Made by a program: the position numbers and the translations under genes. A stretch of 63,709 nucleotides of DNA, filler included, from Reclinomonas americana ATCC 50394 (lineage: Eukaryota): NCBI GenBank assembly GCA_048213135.1. It is 11 parts of 8 records of this genome, joined end to end, with 100 filler letters (N's around TTAATTAATTAA, not from the genome) between each part and the next. Parts side by side here need not be neighbours in the genome. Positions count along the whole stretch, not along the records: positions 60,699 to 62,386 come from PS015726.1; positions 62,487 to 63,709 come from PS015727.1; 9 more parts are not named here. One strand, written 5' to 3'. Positions 61,137 to 63,709 of the stretch are shown here, piece by piece. The notes under the pieces are model-generated. The model did not search any database and was not told the origin of the DNA. It saw only the letters and a program-made list of their open reading frames with translations. The number at the start of each line of letters is the position of its first letter. The first letter of the stretch is position 1.

Positions 61137-62243
61137 CTGGTGAGAGGCAGGGGGGGAATGGGATGAGGAGCAGTGAATAGAAGGGCGACCTNNNNNNNNN
61201 NNNNNNNNNNNNNNNNNNNNNNNNNNNNNNNNNNNNNNNNNNNNNNNNNNNNNNNNNNNNNNNNNNNNNNNNNNNNNNNNNNNNNNNNNNNNNNNNNNNN
61301 NNNNNNNNNNNNNNNNNNNNNNNNNNNNNNNNNNNNNNNNNNNNNNNNNNNNNNNNNNNNNNNNNNNNNNNNNNNNNNNNNNNNNNNNNNNNNNNNNNNN
61401 NNNNNNNNNNNNNNNNNNNNNNNNNNNNNNNNNNNNNNNNNNNNNNNNNNNNNNNNNNNNNNNNNNNNNNNNNNNNNNNNNNNNNNNNNNNNNNNNNNNN
61501 NNNNNNNNNNNNNNNNNNNNNNNNNNNNNNNNNNNNNNNNNNNNNNNNNNNNNNNNNNNNNNNNNNNNNNNNNNNNNNNNNNNNNNNNNNNNNNNNNNNN
61601 NNNNNNNNNNNNNNNNNNNNNNNNNNNNNNNNNNNNNNNNNNNNNNNNNNNNNNNNNNNNNNNNNNNNNNNNNNNNNNNNNNNNNNNNNNNNNNNNNNNN
61701 NNNNNNNNNNNNNNNNNAGAATAGAGACAGAAGGGCGACGCAGAGAAACACGAGCGAACAAACTGGAAGATGTCTGATTCGCAGTCATGATTAGCCACTC
61801 GCTTTTCCTTCTTTCTCTCGCTCTCTCTCGTTCTCGACGCATGAGGATAGGAGCAAGAGAGTACCAAGAAAAACACAGCGACCCAAGCGAACGAATGAAC
61901 ATCGCGAAATGAACCGGATTTGCACTCATCGTCTCTCGCGTTCCCTTCGTCTCCTCTCATTCTTTGCCTCACACACTGCCACGGAGAGAGAGAGAGAGAG
62001 GGAAAGAAAGAGAGAGGAAGGGAGAGGGAACGAAGGAAACACGAGAGACAAGACTCAGGTCACTGTGCTGCCTTTGCTCGTCCGGTCACACGAAGAGAGC
62101 ATCTCTCTCACACACACTCACACTCTAAACGCGAGGCTGCGACCCAGCGATTCACACGAGCGAACGCAAACAGCGAAAGAACGACAAACGCACATGACCC
62201 TTGTCTCGCCTCTTGCTGTCTTCCCTCGTTCCCCTCGTTCCCC

Positions 62244-62299
<56 letters not shown>

Positions 62300-62348
62300 A
62301 CACACCACCACCACACACACACACACACACACACACACGACACACGAC

Positions 62349-62386
<38 letters not shown>

Positions 62387-62486
62387 NNNNNNNNNNNNNN
62401 NNNNNNNNNNNNNNNNNNNNNNNNNNNNNNTTAATTAATTAANNNNNNNNNNNNNNNNNNNNNNNNNNNNNNNNNNNNNNNNNNNN

Positions 62487-63300
62487 GCTCCGCCGCCGCC
62501 GCAAACTTCTCGAGGCGCGGCATGATGAAGTGCTGCTCCGACACGCCGACGGCAAACTCCGGCATGTTGACAGTGCCGGCACCCAGCCACAGGCCGATGA
62601 CCCACGCGAGGAGCTCCACAGATGGCGGCTCCGCCGAGGCGACCTCCGGCTCGAAGCAGTCGGCGAGGACGTCCTTCAGGGTCTTGCCGTGCGAGGGGAC
62701 CGGCCAGTTCTCCACGCCCAGGCAGTGGCGCATGTCGAGCGGGATTGCGCTGCGGCGGCCCGCAGCGACGAGGGCCGCATACTTGCGGTACACGTTGAGC
62801 GGCACGAGCCACTCGTAGACGCCCTCCGTCTCACACATCTCGACGGCGCGGTTGTGGGCGCGATGGCGACTGTTGTACGACTCGCAACCGTCGACGATCT
62901 TGAACTGCTCGCCGCACTTCGCATCCCACTGCACCTGCTTCTCGATTTCGTACGGGCGGTCTGCGCCGAGCTCATCGTCGTACTTCAGCGCCCACAGGCG
63001 CGCGCCGTACGAGCCCGTCTCGGCGTCCTCATCGCCCGCCCGCCGAATGCTCGCCAACTTGGGCAGCACGACGACCAGGATGTGCCGCTCGTTGCAGACA
63101 AAGCCGTCACCGTCAAAGAGGCTGTCCTCGAGCTTGTTGTGGAGAGGGCGCACGCGGAACATGCGCGAGCGGCCCTTGTGGACGTGCGCAACATTGCACA
63201 CGCCGCCGCTGCCGCTGAGCACGCGGTTGCCGACGACGATCTCATCCATGCGCCGCACGGACGCGTCGGCCATGCGCACCGGCGTGTCTGGCGAAACGCA
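62487..63300 (-). mobile_element. PRP8 intein (Hint N-terminal region + LAGLIDADG-like endonuclease motif), truncated by the contig end
   Basis: Block [29 protein letters not shown] starts exactly after VVFY; block [10 protein letters not shown]; block [14 protein letters not shown]. Confidence 0.92.
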
Positions 63301-63680
63301 GTAGAAAACGACCGGAGGGAAACGAGACGGCATCTTGGAGTTGAGGCCGATCTTGATACGCGTCTGGATCTTGTTCTCGCACTTGACGAGCAAGTCGAGC
63401 AGCTCCTCCGTGTGGATGACGGCCTCGCGGAAGTACGTCATCAAGCCAATGATGCACGTGTTCCACTTGTTGGCGATCTTGGTGAACGTGGTCGAACCCG
63501 ACGCCATCAGCACCATACGGATGCGGTTCTCGAACTTGCGCAGGCTCCACTCGTCGACACGCAAAAAGGCTTGCGCTGTGCGCTCCTTGGTCGTCTCATT
63601 TTGCAGGTTCCACACACCGTCGCGGTGCGTGAATTCCTCGCTGTGAGCGCGGATCTTGGGCAGCAGGCGCACCTCGAAAC
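62487..63680 (-). CDS. PRP8: Pre-mRNA splicing factor PRP8 (internal exon, partial) interrupted by an intein
   Basis: FEVRLLPK...[13 protein letters not shown]...[27 protein letters not shown]...[24 protein letters not shown]; acceptor CTGAC-polypyrimidine-CAG ends at 63681. Confidence 0.97.
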
Positions 63681-63709
63681 CTGAGAAAGGAAGGGAGGAA
63701 CGAGGTCAG

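Noticed and set aside
1..63709. Stop-codon reassignment or selenocysteine
   Set aside because: In the genes I traced, in-frame stops fall in introns or at gene ends.

Overview
Draft eukaryotic (protist-like) genome sequence made of 11 scaffolds joined by N-TTAATTAATTAA-N linkers, with internal N gaps. It is gene-dense and rich in short (mostly about 55-100 nt) GT-AG introns and microsatellites. Genes traced by hand through their splice sites: a GT77-like glycosyltransferase, two long coiled-coil proteins, Twinkle primase-helicase, PEX11, a WD40 protein, a Frag1/DRAM/Sfk1 membrane protein, an MLF-like protein, a CBM48 + zinc-finger protein, a secreted 10-Cys repeat protein, an RCC1 + coiled-coil protein, an RBM5/10-like RRM protein, a secreted Kelch + Cys-rich repeat protein, an alpha/beta hydrolase, a His-rich membrane protein, and PRP8. 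The main observations are: (1) one 6-nt exon followed by five consecutive 3-nt single-codon exons (32179-32629), whose splicing rebuilds an intact CHORD/Btk-like zinc finger; (2) a very frequent shifted 5' splice-site class, mostly A|GTTGCG; (3) an intein with a LAGLIDADG-like motif inserted in PRP8 after PPVVFY, which is not the classical fungal site; (4) a diverged inverted repeat of about 0.65-0.75 kb bracketing the RCC1 gene; (5) gap-bounded segments that are inverted in place, most likely a scaffolding artefact. All gene models are manual and family calls come from motif recognition, not database searches.
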